A DNA stretch of 63,858 nucleotides, the filler included. It is 8 parts of 8 records of this genome, joined end to end, with 100 filler letters (N's around TTAATTAATTAA, not from the genome) between each part and the next. Parts side by side here need not be neighbours in the genome. Positions count along the whole stretch, not along the records: positions 51,124 to 57,597 come from SRR2962707_362; positions 57,698 to 63,858 come from SRR2962707_395; 6 more parts are not named here. One strand, written 5' to 3'. Numbering within the stretch: the first letter of the stretch is position 1; each line of letters starts with the position of its first letter. Below, one piece after another: positions 51,322-63,858 of this stretch. The translations under genes and the position numbers were made by a program. A model generated the notes under the pieces. The model searched no databases and was not told the origin of the DNA. It saw only the letters and a list, made by a program, of their open reading frames with translations.

Positions 51322-54300
51322 ATGAGCCGCCGCCATCACAATGGGAATCGATTCGTCGGCGTGACTTGTTCGTCGACGACGAGCTCCCCTCCTTCTGGAC
51401 AGGCCGGGGGACGATCCAGCAAGAAGGGGCAGAACTTGATCCTCACCACCGCATCGCACACCGTCACGGTGTATCGAGCGGCCATGACCACGCAGCGCCT
51501 GCGGCAGTGGGCGACCCTCCCCAAAAAGTCGAGGCCCTTCTCGACGCCCTGCGCCGTGCACTCTCAGACCCAGAAGTATCTCTGTGCCCAGGGGTCGACC
51601 GTGCTGTGCTGGGACGACTCGGTCACTGACATTGGGACTGGCGCTGCGAAGCTGGCGCTGGACGGCGAGTGCGCGTTCTTGTTCGCTGGGGAGGTGCTGC
51701 GCAAGAACGCTATCCTGGCACTGGAGGACGGTGCCCTGCACACAGTGGTGGTGGAGAAGACTGCCAACGGGTTTCGCGACTCCCGGGCTCTGCTCCCAGC
51801 TCCAGCCAATAGCGTTGCCGGAGAATCTGCGCCGTGCTCGTTATTTGCTGCAGGACTCTGCAACATCTCGCGAGAGACGGCAGTCCTCCCGAAGTCATCT
51901 CTGATGTATGAGGTTCTGGAGGCGGGCGATGGGGCCTTTTCGATGAGGCTCGTTGCTCTCAGTCTCCGCAAGCATGATTCTTTGAAGGCAAGCGTGCTCC
52001 TGGATTACCCGCTTGTGCGGGAGGCACAAGCTACTTCATCCGCGTCAGGCGCCACATCGCCTTGCCGACTGCTCGACGTGTGCTACCACACGGAGCTGCA
52101 GACGTTTTCTTTGCTGTGGGACGATGCCACGTGGCAGACGTTGTCCATCGCGCCGTTGTTGCGATTGGGGTTGCGCAATACGAGAGGGCCGAATCCCTCA
52201 GACGGAACGAGGGCCTTCGTGAATTCTCACTCGTTTCGGTTGCCATGGATGATGACGCGTGATGAAATCGCAAGTGTGGAGGCCAATCTGGTTCATTTGC
52301 AAGACAGTGGCAGTGATGGCCAAGAAAATAGCGGCGACAACAGCGAGGACAGTGACCATGATGGCGATGCCACAACTGAGACCAAGGAAGGTGTCGACGA
52401 TGGCGAGAGTCAAGAGGAAGCGCCCACTCGGCGTCGGCGCAAGAGTCGGCGACGACAAGCAGGAACAGTGGCGCTCCTTAAGACCAGTGCAAAGTTAAAT
52501 CACAAACGCCGCGTGCGGCACCTTGTTGCAATTGGAGCGTCGCGGGTGCTGTTCATTTGCGATGATCCTGTGCTAGAGTTGCAGAAATCATCTCAAACTA
52601 GCGCTCTCGGCCGCAGCCAAGCGCGTGCTAGCGACCTTGCACTTGTAGTATCTGAAGCCGACGGGCGTCTGCCAGTAACAGCTGGAGAGGACAGAAGAAA
52701 AGCCAATCTCCGTTTTTACGATGCCAGGCACGGTGTTCCGCTCATGAAAGCTGCGACTTCCAACATCGGCTCTCATGTTCCAAACTTTTTGGAGCTCGTG
52801 CAATCTATTGATCCAGGTTTTGTCCGCCCTCAGAATGGCTTCGTGCTCGCACCTCGTGGCAGCGCAAATGCTGGCACTGGCACTAGCGACAAGAAAAAGA
52901 AGAAAAAAAACCAGGAAGACGACTCGCGCCTGCTGGTATTTGGCGGTGGTGGCAATGGCGATGGTGGAAGTCTTTCGATGCTGCAGGTCGTGGACAGTGT
53001 TGCGACCATGGCCAGTCTTCTCGGTGCCCTTCAGAGTGGGTCCGCATCACAGGCACAAGCGGCAGAATCGTTGTCAGCTGCAACAACAGACACGCTGCCC
53101 ACGTCCTCCACGTTGGAAATCGCGGACGAGACAGGCGCAACGTTGCTTACCCTCCGAGGCAATACAGACGCTGCAGCGGCCGTTGCTCGGTTGTCGACCA
53201 TCAATGACGCAGACACTTTCTGCCAATTCGTGGGCGAACATCTTGACCAACTTGAATTCCGGTCGAAGAAGCACGCAAGCCGGGACAAGGACAGCAACGG
53301 CAAGAAACGTCGGCAAAGCGCGACTGCCACCCACGACGATCGTGAGGTGCGAGCCTACAACCCTGCAAGTGTGTTGAAGTACCGTTCATTTATCTTGGCT
53401 GCTGTCAATTGGTGCTGCGGCTCGCATTCGAATCTCCTTGGCGGATCCGACGGTACTGCAGCAACGCCCGCGAAGAAGACCCGAGGCCGCGTCAACAAAA
53501 AGTCAAATGGGTCCAAGAACAGGCACACGGTACCAGAAATCTGGAACATTCTCCGCCGTTTGCTGCGCTCAGGGTGTGTTTCATGGGCGTTGTGCCCTGG
53601 GTTGTTGCGCCTGTGCTTCCGACACTCGAGGCTCGATGTGCTGGAAGATTGCATTCGTCATGTTGGGGACCTGCCTGAAACAGAAGCTGTACGAGTGATT
53701 CGGTATGGCAACCTCGTCATTTTTGTTTAATGTTGTTGTTGATGTCGCTTGGCGTCTGTTGCACTTGCGTTGAATGATTTCGGTTTGTGCTGACCATTCC
53801 GAAATATTTTGACAGGTTTGTGTGGGGTCGTTGCAAGAGTGACGATATCATTGCGTACGCCAAGGAATCGTCATCGATCACTTGCACACAGCTCGAAGCT
53901 GAAGACGCATCGTCTCGTAAGAAGCGCCGCCACAGCAAAGCTCGCGGCGGTGAAGTCGGCAGTGTCCAGAAGGAGGCCGCAGCGTGGCTTTTTGCCGGGG
54001 TTGCCAATTTTGTCCTTCTGGCCATTGCTGGCAACCACAGCGACCACTTCCTACAAGACGCACTTGTCGGATTAGGACTCCCAGAAGTTCTTTTTACACT
54101 CCGCGTGCTGTCGGCGACCCTTGAATTGGCTCGCAGGCGCCACTCGAGCATTGAAGAAGATGGACGCCACAGCCAGGGTTCTGGACCCATTTTGGAGTCC
54201 CACGGTTTTGCTTTTCAGTTTCGGCAGATGCCTTCTGAGGCGCAGTTGATCGATAGCCTTGGACTGCTCCTCGACGCGCATGTGTCCAATATCCTTCTTG

Positions 54301-54634
54301 CGGCGCAGTCCAGCAACGAGGCAGCTGAGGAAGCATGGGAGAGCCTGCAACGTGTACGGGAGCTGGTCGACGGAAAGCTGGGGCTCTACCGCGAAATTGC
54401 GCGGATTAAAGGATGCCTTGAGGTTCGTGAGCAACGTTTGGTCGCAGACGCCTTTTTATCCCGCTTCTGTTGGAGTGATTCATTTTTTTTTTACTTTTTT
54501 TGATATTTTTCGAAGCATGTTGTGGTGTTGTACGACTAATGACGATTTTTTTTTTATTGCAGGCTGTCAAGGTTAAAAAGAGACTGCCACAAGCTGCGGT
54601 GTCCGATTACTCAATTGAAGTTTTGCGGCTTTGA
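51322..54634 (+). CDS. NOL11: Nucleolar protein 11 (NOL11/Utp8)-like, multi-exon
   Basis: N-terminal TVTVY..QW..FSTPCAVHSQTQKY..VLCWD; C-terminal PSEAQLIDSLGLLLDAH and terminal YSIEVLRL* match remembered NOL11 features. Confidence 0.65.
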
Positions 54635-54775
54635 AGTGTTGTGACTTCTTCGTCTGAAGCGGTGACGACTTATTGTATGTCAGTTTAATTTCAAGTGCGG
54701 CACAAGCTTCTCCCTGCTGGTGGCCAATAGCCAGCCACTGTTTTCGTTCGCGAAATTTATTTCACTTTGTTCGCA

Positions 54776-56329
54776 TTACTCCACGTCAATTTGGGGAAGC
54801 CACCCATGCATCTGCAAGGCAATCACAAACAACACATTCTTCTTGACTGCTCCACCTGCTGCTGGTAACTCTGCCGCACTAGCATTCCGGGCCCGTTCGC
54901 GCGAGTGAAAAGTTGACCGGCTGTCAAAAAGAATCAATTGATCATCTTGCGGTGACACCTGGATAGCTTGATCATCGTTGTCGGTCGCCTGCAGGTGGAG
55001 AATGTGTGATGGTGTTTGTTGGACAGACTCGGGCTCGGCAAAGACGTGATAAAGGGCTGTCACGGCGACACCATTGTCAGCGTTTGGGGAATCAGGGTGT
55101 TTGCGTTTGACCCCGCCAGGGTTGTTGATGCGATGAGCATATTGGCAAGTCGAATGATCGAACACTTGCAGAGTCATGGCACCCTGAGCTGCTGGCAAGC
55201 ACAACTGCATACCGTTAGGGCCTTTTCGGTCGTCTCGACCACCGCGACAGTTCAGTTCAAACGGGAGGAGGCGCATTGAATTCAGGACCTCGGTCAAGGC
55301 CGGGTACTCTTTGGACAGGACAGAAGACAACTGAAGTTCTCCCACAAGCGGGGAATCCCCTTCGGCGGAGCTAGATGCACTACCACCGGAAGTGGCACCG
55401 GGTTGCTCGGTGTGGCTTGATGAAGGCAGCCGGCGCAAGCTGTCCGCACCCTCGAATTGTAAGTAGCGTGCACAGTCGGCAGCAACACAGCGAACCCACT
55501 CCTTCCCAAGAAACGAATCGACTACAGCCCATCGATTTCTGGGTGGCTTATTGCTCGCCGTGGCACCAAGTAAAGCGACGATTGCATCGTTGGGGAGTTG
55601 ATGCTGCTCCCCAAGCTGGGGATTCAATGCCAATCGTTCTCGAGGTATCTCGAGCGCCTTGTCACTCTGAGAAACGGTTTCACGTGCGCTACCCATCGTG
55701 CGCTCACGCTGCAACCGCGCGGCAGTAGCTTGCACAACGCTGGGAAGGCGTCTAGCAAAGGCTTCCAGCGCTACTTGAGGCCGCAGGACGTTTGATGTTT
55801 CGCTGTCAAACGCTTCACCGGCAGCGCGAGCACGCTTGGCAACGCCAGCAAGAATGCTCTCGGTTTTTGCACGGACGGCAGGCATGGCAGCAAGAACTTC
55901 GGGCACGAATCTTGCTCGTCCTTTGCTCGGAGTCTCGTGGACATCGCATTCTTTGAGAAACTCGTCGATATTTTTGGGCAAACCCTTCTCCACCACGCTG
56001 TCGTCAGAGTCCATGGGGTACATGTGCCGGCGAAACGTTCGAGGCTGCAGCAGCTCCTTCAAGAAGCCGCCCTGGAGCTCGACCTGGCGCTTGCGAATGA
56101 GTTGCAGGATCCACGACAGAGTGTCGACATCTTCTGGATTGTGAACGTTGATCTTCTTACTGTCTGTTGATTGATGCGAGTCTCTGTTCTTGTCGTGGTG
56201 TGGCGAGTGTGTCTTGGTTGGCTCAGGGGCGTCCTTCGTCGCTGGTTCAGGTTGACTTTTGCTTTTATTTTTGTTACTTTTCTTTTTCTTGCTCTTGTTC
56301 AGAAACCCACCCTTAAAGCCCCCGAACAT
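54776..56329 (-). CDS. 2OG-Fe(II) oxygenase-fold (EGLN/PHD-like) protein, probably inactive
   Basis: WAVVDSFLG, YAHRINNP, VTALYH, VSPQDDQLILFDSRSTFH; intact single long ORF. Confidence 0.55.
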   Translation of the reverse strand: MFGGFKGGFLNKSKKKKSNKNKSKSQPEPATKDAPEPTKTHSPHHDKNRDSHQSTDSKKINVHNPEDVDTLSWILQLIRKRQVELQGGFLKELLQPRTFRRHMYPMDSDDSVVEKGLPKNIDEFLKECDVHETPSKGRARFVPEVLAAMPAVRAKTESILAGVAKRARAAGEAFDSETSNVLRPQVALEAFARRLPSVVQATAARLQRERTMGSARETVSQSDKALEIPRERLALNPQLGEQHQLPNDAIVALLGATASNKPPRNRWAVVDSFLGKEWVRCVAADCARYLQFEGADSLRRLPSSSHTEQPGATSGGSASSSAEGDSPLVGELQLSSVLSKEYPALTEVLNSMRLLPFELNCRGGRDDRKGPNGMQLCLPAAQGAMTLQVFDHSTCQYAHRINNPGGVKRKHPDSPNADNGVAVTALYHVFAEPESVQQTPSHILHLQATDNDDQAIQVSPQDDQLILFDSRSTFHSRERARNASAAELPAAGGAVKKNVLFVIALQMHGWLPQIDVE

Positions 56330-57117
56330 TGTGGGACTCTCTCTTACATTCCAACACACGCACTGACCCTCTCACTCACGCACACTGAGAAAGAAACGCT
56401 CGTTCACATTCCCTGCCTGTGAAGTTTTAAACCATCAACCCACGATCTTCCGTGCTGATTCATTCCTGCAATGAAATTAACTAGAACCCCCCCCCCCCCA
56501 AAATAAAAAAAAACAGCTTCGGTCCCTCAAAAAAATTGTTACTTCCTCTTTTCTTCCTTTCCCTCTCGGCCTCTCGTGTGCTCACTGGATTCCGTTCCCC
56601 TTTCTTCGGACCCGGACCCAGACCCAGGCCCAGACACTCGGCCTGACAGAAAGCGTGTGAGAGTGAGTGTGAGTGAGAGCGAGGGAGGGTGAGAGTGTGA
56701 AGCTCGACTCGATCGATGCTCAAAAAGGGGTTCTGCAACCACTCAAAAAAGGAGTTTCCGCTTTCGAGACAGTTTGGCGAATTTATTAAAATTTAAGTCA
56801 GTACCCCTAGTAACCCTCGGTTATTTAAACCCTGAGAAAAACACTCCACGTATTTCGTTCATTTCACCCACGACGAACAGCACAAGCGCAGCCCGCTGTG
56901 CTCCCAATTTTGTTTAAAAAATTCAGTACTACAGCACTATGATTTTTATACTTACATATTATTATTTTCCCTTTATATGTCATACACATTGTTTGGCGCA
57001 CAAGAAAAAGCAATAGAAAAGAGCACACACAAAATGAATACCAAGCAAATCAATTCACCATTGCCATAGTCAGACCCAGTACCGGACAAATTTGTGGCCA
57101 CGTAAATACCGTTATAT

Positions 57118-57167
57118 ACCGGTAATTTATTTGAATTATCAGAATCGAACGTAAATAAATTACCGGT
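57118..57167. repeat. Perfect 15-bp inverted repeat with 20-nt spacer
   Basis: ACCGGTAATTTATTT (57118-57132) / AAATAAATTACCGGT (57153-57167). Confidence 0.85.
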
Positions 57168-57597
57168 GATTTCGGTATGATAAAATTTTCACCAGAGTGA
57201 AGGACAAGTGAAGTGTTGGTGAGTGAGTGAGTGAGTCACGCGAGCTTGCAAGGGCGGTCAACAGGGGGAGCCGGAGGTCAAGTGATGTTCTCACTTTGAG
57301 AAAGGATGATCAAACGACAATTTACGCCTTTAATTCATCACCTTCCAGGGTGCACCTGAGCTGAATCCCACCGCGCTGACGTCACCAATTGCGGAGGTTT
57401 TAGAGGGTTGAGGTGGAGGGAGTTTGTGTGGAGTTTGTGTGGAGATAGTGGGGGAGCAATGCGTTGAATACGCAGGTTTATGTTAGTACGAGGCTTGCTG
57501 GGTGCAATGTCTTGATAGTGAGCGGGGCGCTGGTGACTTGGTGACGAGTGAGTAAGTAAGTGAGTACGAGTGAGTGAGTGAGTGCGAGAGAGTGAGT

Positions 57598-57697
57598 NNN
57601 NNNNNNNNNNNNNNNNNNNNNNNNNNNNNNNNNNNNNNNNNTTAATTAATTAANNNNNNNNNNNNNNNNNNNNNNNNNNNNNNNNNNNNNNNNNNNN
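57598..57697. other. Artificial contig-joining spacer
   Basis: N44-TTAATTAATTAA-N44, preceded by (GAGT)n and followed by poly-A. Confidence 0.97.
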
Positions 57698-57946
57698 AAA
57701 AAAAAAAAAAAAAAAAGCAAAAACACAGCAAAAAAGTTTGGAAGCGGACGTGTGGGGAGGACGAACATGCGCGTGCGGCCGGTCGGGTAGGGAGATCGTT
57801 TGTTTTGGAGGCGGGTCGGTTGCCGCCGCTGGGGGCCGAGTCGATACCAACACTGCTGAAAGCTTCACTATGGGGAGGAGTGCAGCAGCTCGTATCCTTG
57901 GCTCATTGATTTTGTGAATTCTTTTGGCAAAGAAGAAGGGGTTCTC

Positions 57947-60900
57947 ATGCGGCGTTTCGGTGTGGAAAGCAGCGCTTGGGTGACGACGCTGCTCGCGGCT
58001 AGCTTTGCGACGATACGTGCATCAGCAGGTGATTCTTTCGCTGCATCCTCTTCTGCGTCTTTGCTCCCTGACGTTGACGATGTGGAGTATCAAGAAGACG
58101 CTCTCAGCACGTTAGAAGCACAGGTAATCAACGCTACCATCGTTGGTGCGGGTTGCGAGCTCGGTACTTATGCCACTGGGACTGCTCTGAATTCGGGTGA
58201 CTGTAGCGGCTATCGGTCGTGTGAGCCCGGTTTCTACTGTACGCTAGAGCATAAGCGCGTCCCTTGTCCCGCTGGAACTTTTGGCGCGACCGAGGGCCTG
58301 AACACCGAAGAGTGCTCTGGTCTTTGTGCAGCTGGTTTTTTCTGTCCAGAGGGATCGACTAGTTCAACTCAGCAACTGTGTGGAGGAAGCGACTTCTACT
58401 GCCCTGCCGGCAGCGGTGCTCCGATTCCAGTCGACACAGGCTACTACACCATTGGCGATGATGAGGGAGCCGGAGCCGCGAACCGGACGCGCTCAGCACA
58501 GCTTTTGTGCCCGCAAGGGCATTTTTGTATTGGTGGGGTTCGGTATGGCTGCCCGGCTGGAACTTTCAATGCTGGCCTCGGTGAAACGTCATGCGACGCT
58601 AATCCGTGCCCAGCAGGGCATTTTTGCCCTCGTGGCTCCGTTCAGCCTAGGCCCTGCGTAAGTTTGCTGGAATACTGTCCTGAGGGAACTGGTGTACCAC
58701 AGCCAGTGCAACCACGATATTTTGCGGCGAGTAGTTCTTCGGCCGCAAGGGTTCGAGGCGCGAACCTGACCGACTCGCAGAGGTTCTGCACACCAGGATC
58801 CTACTGCGTCGATGGTGTTCGGCATCCGTGCCCAGCCGGGCGTTTCGGTAGTGTTGCCGGAGAAGTGGACCCACTTTGCAGTGGCGTTTGTGAAGAGGGG
58901 TACGTCCGGATTTTTTTTGCTGCCCGGGGCTCACTCCCCCACCACTGTTCGCCGTGATCTGCTGCCAGCGTGTCGTGTTCACCCCCGCGGACTCTCTAGT
59001 CATTTTTTTCACGATCCTCGACATTTCACCTTGGTTTGCTGTGACGACGGTGTATCTAGGTACTACTGTCCAGAGGGATCGACGTCACCTCGCCAAGCTA
59101 GCTGCGGTGATTCGTCTGTCTTCTGTCCGGAGGGGTCCGCGTCACCCACATTGGTGTCAGAGGGTTTTTACACGGTGGGTGGCAATGACGAACTCACGCG
59201 CACGAATCAGGAGAAATGTGAAGAGGGATATTGGTGCGAAGCAGGGCTACGCTTTGAATGCTTTCAAGGACATTACGGTGCTGACAAAGCCATGACCAAC
59301 GGAAAGTGCTCGGGTCAGTGTGATGCTGGGTACTTCTGCCACGCGCAAAGTACGAGCCCGAAGCAGTACCACTGCGGCGACAAGACCGTGTTTTGCCCTG
59401 TTGGCTCATTTGCTCCGACCCCTGTGTCTCCTGGTCACTACACGATTGATGCTGCGGATGGAGGCGATGGTGGCATGACTGCAGAGCGATTGTGCGGCAT
59501 AGGTCATTACTGTCAGGCCGGCGTCGAGCTAGAGTGTGCTCCTGGTCACTACGGCTCCTCCTTTGGGCTCACGGCGCCAACATGTGATGGTCAATGTCAC
59601 AGCGGGTACTACTGCACCGCGGGATCTACCTTGCCAACTCAGAACCCATGTGGTGGTTTCGATGTCTACTGCCCAGCAGGCTCGAATACAACGACCCCTG
59701 TGAGTACCGGATACTACACAATCAACGAAAACTCGGAAGCTGGTGCAAGCGGGACGTTTGGCACAGATGGGCAACGTCAATCGGCACAGAAGATATGTGA
59801 GTCTGGTCACTTTTGTAAGAATGGTGTCAAGCGTTCTTGTCCAGCGGGCACATACGGTGAGATGGAGGGGCTGTCGACATTTGAGTGCTCGGGAATTTGC
59901 GCAGCTGGCTACTATTGTCCTCCCGCGAGCACCAGCGCTCAAGAGCGTCAGTGTGGAGCTGCTGATTTCTGGTGCCCTGACGGCTCCGCCCTGCCCACAC
60001 ATGCAGCTGAAGGCTTTTACACCATGCCGCCAGAAGATGTAGTTGTGGTGCATCGCAGCAGCGCAAGCACCTGCTTTGCTGACGCTGTCTGGATCCAGGA
60101 TCGTGACGACAGCAACACGACAACGGAGGGGTATGTCCGTGTTGAGCAGGGTTGCGTATCGGATGGTCACTTGGAACTCGAGGTACATGACGGAGTGGAT
60201 GTAGAAGCTTGCGCGTCCCTCTGCGACGACGCAGGGGATTTATGTGTTGGATTTGAATACGCAGTCAAATACGGAGGTCCCGCAGACTTCACAGCGCACC
60301 GTTGTGAGCTGCTGAAATCTACTACTGATGCGAGTGCATTAGTCGGCGAAGCCGACTCCACGTCTACCTCGTCTTTCACCGTGCTTGATATTCTCGAAGC
60401 GTTTCTGTTGAGCTGCTCGGGAGCACATCACAACGTTGATTTCTATCGCAAGCTCACCGAGGGTGAGCGGGGGATGTGCAGCCTGTATCCATATCGAGCC
60501 CGCTACTTCATGAACGAGACCATCACAGGAAATGCCAACACTCGGTCCCGGCAAGTGCAGTGTGAGCCTGGGTATTGGTGTTCTGGTGGTAAGCGCTACG
60601 AATGCCCTCCAGGACGTTTTGGTGCGACATACGGGTTGTCGGACATCGAATGCTCAGGCAGCTGCAAGGAAGGCTTCTACTGCCCGGCTGCATCCACCTC
60701 CAGAGAGGAGAATGATTGTGGTGGTCCCCATGTTTACTGCCCGCAAGAAGTCGGATCTCCAATCCCAGTTGGAGCCCCGTTCAATGGCCACTATGGCAGC
60801 CTGCTGCCCCTTGCTGACTACGTAACATCCGTCACAAGCGGGTGGTACACACTGTCGCAAGAATACACGCAGGCTATAGCAGCAGCCACGAGTTACACTT

Positions 60901-63394
60901 ACAAACCAGCCAACCGCTTCACACAAACGCTGTGTGAGCCAGGATTCTACTGCGCGGATGGCATCAAGTACCAGTGCCCTGCTGGACGGTAGGCTCTAGC
61001 ATTTGGTGTATCATTGAGTTTGGCTTTCCGTTTCTGCCTTATAGTGCTAACGGTTGTTCTTTGATTTTCGTGCCGACAGATATGGATCAACTTTTGGGCT
61101 TTCCGAATCTTTCTGCTCCGGATCTTGTAGCGCTGGGTACTTCTGTCCGATTAACTCGTCGTCTGGTGGGTTTGATGTTGGTCTGTGCGTGTGGGGCTTT
61201 ATTTCAAGAGTGTTCTCCTCACACTCGTGACGTGGTTGCAAACATATCGTACATGTGATGCCGGGTGTTTTTCGCAGCCACCCAATTCGAGTGCGGAAGC
61301 GTAGACCAATACTGTCCTCAAGGATCGGCAACGCCGACAGTGGCGGATACTGGCTACTACACTGTTGGTCAGGACGGGACCATCGACAGTTCGAGTAACT
61401 CCACGCGGTCTGGACAGTTGGGCTGTGAACCAGGTCACTTTTGTATTTACGGCCGCAAGTACGGAAATCGCCATGTTCTCCTTGTGTGCCCGGCAAACAG
61501 GGCAACCCTATTCCACTTCGCGCTGCGAGTAACTCATCGTCGTGTTACGGCTGTAGGTACGAGTGTTTTGAAGGAACATTCGGCGACGAGGCGTTGTACC
61601 CGTCCCAAAATCGCTTGAGCACACGCCAGGTCGACCTCATATGGGAACAGCTCCAGCTACGTGAGCGCGAGAACGTGTGTGCAGATATTAACGGTGGACC
61701 ACGGCGAGATGCATGCTCTCTTGACGCAGCAGATGCCTTAGGTGGAGCTATTCTTGCGACAATGTCATATTCTCTTTGTGTAGATGACATTGGCGCGCTC
61801 AATTCTGGCGTTGCGTGCCAAGATGGCGCCACTGGCACGGGGTTCGTTCAGTTAGCACTGCCTGGTACCATCTTGGGACGTGGCCCGGCAACGCCATGAA
61901 GTTTTGCTGGCGATGCTTGTGTATTGTTTTGGTGACTTGCTGCTTGTGTGCGCGCGCGCAGCTACATCATGTACTCCGGAATTGCAGACGTGAAACTACG
62001 CTTTGCACCTTCGCATCCTATGGATGACTTCACTGACGCGATTGCACCGCATGGCGACAACGCTGACCGCTTCATTTGCGTCCAATACAATGAAGACGAA
62101 GGTGGGTGTTAGTATTGTCACTCCCTCGCATGTTTTAGTGGCAGAGTCGCCAACTGCTTTATCCTTTGGGCTCAGTTGCTCCTGGTGGTCTAACCACCAT
62201 TCAATCTCACTTTTTTTGTCGAATAGAAACTTGGATGTATGACTCCAACCTTGTCTGGACACCCTTTGAAATCGATGAAACGGACTTGTTGGTTGCTGCC
62301 GTGGACTTTGATGCATGCCCGGAGGGTTCATTATGCGTTGGAACTGAAACGGTGACGTCCTTGCAGGGCACCTCTTCTATCGTGAATGGGCTCCACGCTG
62401 GATTTTTGCAATCTGACCTTGAGTTTGAGGCAAATGTGTGGAATGGGATTCCTAATGGTGGAGAGTACTATATAACAGGTTTGTTTTACGTACGACCGAG
62501 CCGCGGCGTCTCATGCCTTTTTTTTCCAAGTTGGTTCACTCACAGCGTGTTGCGGTATTTCCTCGTGGCACTTCTGCAGGCACTTATTTTTGCCACGGGT
62601 ACATCCCGGACGTTCTGGGTGTCAACCCAAATGAGGAGCTGGTCACAGATCCTTCTGCAGAAGGTCGCTTTCTATTGTACAACGGAACCTGCGGGGGTCT
62701 ATGCACAGAAGGCTACTACTGTGAACGTGGTGCTACAAACTCTACGCAGCATGAATGTGGAGATGAGCACTTTTACTGCCCTATTGGATCTTCGAAACCT
62801 CGAAATGTGACTAGAGGCTTTTATACAACTCCCGACGATCCGACCCGCAACTCAACACGTACATTGCAGTCAAAATGTCCAAAGGGATTCTACTGTGCGA
62901 AAGGAGTTCGCCGCATGTGCCCGGCAGGGACATTTGGAAACGAGACAGGACTTGTTGGCTACTCTACAATTCAGTGCGTTCCCGTTCAGTTGTGTGCTGG
63001 ACCTGGCACGATTGGAATGCTCCTGTCCTTGGTTTTTATTTGGTCTGATTGACCGCTGCTCAGGTATGATCATAATATGAATGGGCAGTCCGACCTTTAC
63101 CCGGCTGTTGGATCAAGGTCCGCCGGATACAATAGAGATGGTCGCGCGCATGACCCCACCAATGGCATTGACATTACGTCGCAATGCAGTGGCTGGTGTC
63201 CTCGAGGGCACGAGTGCCCTCCTGGCACTGCAGAACCAATCCCTTGCAGCTCGAAAGGAGGAGAGTACTACGCCACAGAGGGCGTCAGTGAGTGTATGAA
63301 GTGTCCAAGCAAACCTGCATACCTCAATGGCAAAACTCAAGATTCCAAGACGGAGCGCCAATGCTACGACTCGCGTCGATGCTGCTACCTGTGA
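57947..63394 (+). CDS. Secreted cysteine-rich repeat protein (GCC2/GCC3, ephrin-receptor-like repeats) with a PAN/apple-like insert, multi-exon
   Basis: Signal-like AWVTTLLAASFATIRASA; recurring CPAGxxG..CSGxCxAGYYCPxGSTS..CG..YCPxGS..P..GYYT units; ends CYDSRRCCYL*. Confidence 0.8.
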
Positions 63395-63858
63395 TGTATT
63401 GTGGCCTTGTACAACGAAGTAGCTTTCCCAATATAAACCAAAGAAAACTGAATTACATGTATTCTTCTTGTCTCTCCCACGCCAATGGGGCCAAGACCAC
63501 ATCACGAAGAGAACATTCCGGATCTCCCTCGCGTGTTCCGCCAGTTTCGACACTTCTCACGCTCTATGGTCATACATCTAACCCGAATAACCGTCCTAAG
63601 CAGCCTACTCGCCCACAAGTCTGCGGGCGAGCGCACGCAGGTGACACCGCGACTCGCCTGGCACGGCTGTATTGTACTGTATTGTATCGTGTAATTTGAC
63701 TTCATTCATCCTATAGCTTGGCGTTCTCATTCAGCAACTGAAACAAAGAACACCCACTCCGATTGTGCCGCTTTAAAATAAGAATTTCCACCACACAGAG
63801 CTGCCTTCTGAATAAGAATGTGAAACACTCAGAAGGGAGGCCCTCCATGACAGGCGAA

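Overview
This is intron-containing eukaryotic (protist) genomic DNA. A stramenopile-like origin is inferred from gene content and intron style, not proven. The window is not contiguous: eight contigs are joined by seven artificial 100-nt spacers (44 N + TTAATTAATTAA + 44 N). Housekeeping genes: MCM7, DHX40-like helicase, TAF7, DNA2, ATG6/Beclin-1 and NOL11-like. Unusual multidomain genes: (1) a putative all-in-one RNA end-healing/tailing enzyme (MJ1316/DUF504 + two 2H phosphoesterases + HAD phosphatase + poly(A)-polymerase-like NTase); (2) an LRR receptor kinase with one LRR per symmetric phase-2 exon; (3) a STAND-ATPase-PH-C2-GYF-cyclic-nucleotide phosphodiesterase; (4) a GluR0-like glutamate-receptor homolog with a TTVGYGD K+ filter, an M4-like helix and C-terminal EF-hands; (5) a membrane nucleotidyl cyclase with atypical catalytic residues; (6) two apparent pseudoenzymes (nicotinamidase-like and EGLN-like); (7) a secreted Cys-rich repeat protein. 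Gene spans include introns, and exon boundaries were read by eye, so they are approximate. All domain calls rest on motif recognition, not database searches.
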